The position numbers were made by a program, and so were the translations under genes. A stretch of DNA of 18,268 nucleotides from positions 1-18,268 of the forward strand of contig NZ_FUWK01000047.1 in NCBI RefSeq assembly GCF_900167395.1, read 5' to 3'. This document shows, piece by piece, positions 16,777-18,268 of this stretch (position 1 is its first letter; every line of letters starts with the position of its first letter). Source of the stretch: Nitrosomonas europaea. GTDB taxonomy: Bacteria; Pseudomonadota; Gammaproteobacteria; Burkholderiales; Nitrosomonadaceae. Under the pieces are notes generated by a model. That model saw only the letters and a list, made by a program, of their open reading frames with translations. It did not search any database and was not told the origin of the DNA.

Positions 16777-17845
16777 TTAACCAGGTTCAGTAACAGAGTC
16801 TAGTTTTGCAGCTTGTTTGAGTAACAAAACTTTAAGGTTCTGCCATTTTCCCCAGGCAGTCAGCAGTGTGCGAAGAAAGAAGGGAGTTTCCGGTGCGATC
16901 CAGATTTCTGTAACCTGTCTGTCTGCACGTTTCCAGCCTCGCAGCAGGATTCTGACTGCCGAGTACAAATTCAGATCATGGTTGTATATTTGCAGACTGG
17001 TTAACCGGCTTGAGCGTGCTGGTGTTAGCCAGTGAACATAGCCGCCATCGTGAAGAACCTGATCTATAGTACTGATAAGTTCTTCACCAAGATCTGTCAG
17101 TGCGCAGTTGGTTGTAAGTAACAGTAGGTTTTGCTGTGCTTTCGGGTAACGAGACAGATAAACAGCGCGGTTGTGCCGGGATAATGGGAAGCGATCATCA
17201 CCAAATGATCCCCCCTTTTTGTGGTGAATATGAGCTTCGGGGTGGACTCCGAAACGCCAGCCATTGAGATCAAGACGACGCCCAAGATCGATATCTTCGT
17301 AGTACCCGCGACCGAAGATCGGGTCAAATCCACCGATTGCGAGGAAAATATCGCGACGTATCAGGAAAGCATGTCCGCGTAAATAGTAGGTGCGGATATA
17401 GTTGCCGGGATACAGTGCATAACGGCCAAGGTCGAAATTGTCGTAACTGTTTCCTGCGGGAACAATGGCCGCCAGCTTCGGATCTGCGTCAAAAGCAGAG
17501 CAGAGCAGAGCAGAGGAGGGGCAGGATATTGTGTTTGACCTCAGTGTCAGAGTTGAGAATCAATACATAAAATGCATCAGACCGGCTGACAGCTGTATTG
17601 ACTGCTGTGCCGAAACCCTCATTCTTTTCTGCGTGAAAAACTTCCACACATGAGTAGGGCAGATGATCCAGCATTGCACGTGTTTCACTGTCAGATGCAT
17701 CATCCTGGATGAGTATCCTGTGTATGGATTTCCCGAGATGAGTAATGACGGAATCAATACAGCGCCTGGTTAGAACAGGTGCATTGTAAACCGGTATTAT
17801 GACGTCAATACGTTTTGAGCAAGATCGTGCTGTTTCGTCCAGCAT
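16777..17845 (-). pseudogene. family 2 glycosyltransferase, reading frame interrupted at a pentanucleotide repeat (candidate phase-variable gene)
   Basis: The N-terminal ORF 17489..17845 has IDVIIPVYNAP...ILIQDDASD...NEGFGTAVN...LILNSDTEV (GT-A/GT2 motifs). I translated the minus strand by hand. The frame offset by +1 is open from 17490 down to 16777 and continues the family: DADPKLAAIVPAGN...GHAFLIRRDIFLAIGGFDPIFGRGYYEDIDLGRRL. That frame has no ATG, GTG or TTG until 16968, which is why the ORF track shows only 16777..16968. Confidence 0.8.
17494..17515 (-). repeat. pentanucleotide tandem repeat (GCAGA)4.4 on the + strand, equal to (CTCTG)n on the coding strand of the GT2 gene
   Basis: The sequence reads directly as a-gcaga-gcaga-gcaga-gcaga-g at 17494..17515. 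The stop codon of the upstream GT2 ORF (17489-17491) lies 2 nt past the repeat. Confidence 0.9.
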
Positions 17846-17937
17846 AGCTTGGGAACCGGCTTTATGAGAGGAGAGTTTTCTTTCTGCAATGCAGGGACAT
17901 TGTAGAAATACTCATTGCTTCAGGTGTAGTAGTTGAG

Positions 17938-17985
17938 ATCTGATCTGACAGTTACCCGATTTGACGAGTGCCTGTTAGATCAGAT
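17938..17985. repeat. imperfect inverted repeat / hairpin just downstream of the transposase stop, possibly an IS-terminal structure
   Basis: 17938-17951 (atctgatctgacag) pairs with 17972-17985 (ctgttagatcagat). The stem is 14 bp with one mismatch and the loop is 20 nt. No T-tract follows. Its role is not established. Confidence 0.3.
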
Positions 17986-18268
17986 TCAGTTATTCAATTC
18001 GGTAATTTTATCGTCCCATATCTCCTTAGCGTCAATTAAAGTTTGCATCGGGGTGCGTCCACAGCACATTTTTCCCTGGTGAGTCCGCACACTGTTGTAG
18101 TACGCCATCCAATCATCCAGATCGTGTTGTAACTCTTCAATGGACTGGTAAATCTTGCGCCGGAATGTCACCTGGTAGAACTCCTGCAAGATGGTTTTGT
18201 GAAAGCGTTCGCAAATACCGTTGGTCTGCGGATGATTGGCTTTCGTTTTGGAATGTTCGATGTCATTG
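17986..18268 (-). CDS. rve-domain DDE transposase, IS481-like, C-terminal part, truncated by the right window edge
   Basis: The frame is open to the window end. The translation is NDIEHSKTKANHPQTNGICERFHKTILQEFYQVTFRRKIYQSIEELQHDLDDWMAYYNSVRTHQG. HPQTNG-x-x-ERFH contains the catalytic E region of retroviral-integrase-type transposases, and the C-terminal tail pattern is as in IS481-family entries. Confidence 0.6.
   Translation of the reverse strand, partial: NDIEHSKTKANHPQTNGICERFHKTILQEFYQVTFRRKIYQSIEELQHDLDDWMAYYNSVRTHQGKMCCGRTPMQTLIDAKEIWDDKITELNN

Noticed and set aside
1-18268. The whole window as a composite transposon bounded by the two IS elements.
   Set aside because: The flanking transposases belong to different families (IS1595-like versus rve/IS481-like). 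The interior also contains core metabolic genes (metY, cysE, glk) that are unlikely cargo.
1-18268. A search for tRNA, rRNA, CRISPR arrays, toxin-antitoxin pairs and known defence-system signatures.
   Set aside because: I found no cloverleaf-like conserved tRNA arms (the GGTTCGAG at about 109 lies inside the transposase ORF with no matching acceptor stem). I also found no spaced direct-repeat array, no small paired ORFs with TA-like features, and no nuclease, helicase or ATPase defence-type domains.

Overview
This is an 18.3 kb stretch of Gram-negative chromosome. It looks beta-proteobacterial, possibly Nitrosomonas-like, but that is inferred only from gene content and composition. Both window edges cut through transposase genes: an IS1595-like 3' end on the left and an IS481-like rve-domain 3' end on the right. 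From left to right the content is as follows. (1) A sulfur amino-acid and stress block: metY, convergent with cysE-nnrS. (2) glk plus a DUF4126 membrane protein. (3) A tightly coupled seven-gene minus-strand operon at 11167->6051. It encodes a KdsB-like cytidylyltransferase, an HpcH/HpaI class II aldolase, a D-2-hydroxyacid dehydrogenase, an SDR epimerase/dehydratase, a HAD hydrolase, a Pgl-type lactonase and a small DUF486/DMT membrane protein. (4) A divergent plus-strand glycan block at 11352-15488. It encodes an unknown 430-aa GT-B-like protein, a frameshifted FkbM methyltransferase, an O-antigen-ligase/Wzy_C protein and a cation-dependent O-methyltransferase. (5) Three small genes: DUF2024, an IalB-like secreted protein and an ArsC/Spx-family protein. 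(6) A family-2 glycosyltransferase whose reading frame breaks exactly at a (CTCTG)4 pentanucleotide repeat. I found no tRNA or rRNA gene, CRISPR array or recognisable defence system. The two most interesting items are the apparently non-canonical CMP-ulosonic-acid operon, which has a KdsB homologue but no KdsA, KdsC or KdsD and carries a pyruvate aldolase instead, and the repeat-interrupted glycosyltransferase, which is a candidate slipped-strand phase switch. All family assignments come from motif recognition by eye. No database search was run.
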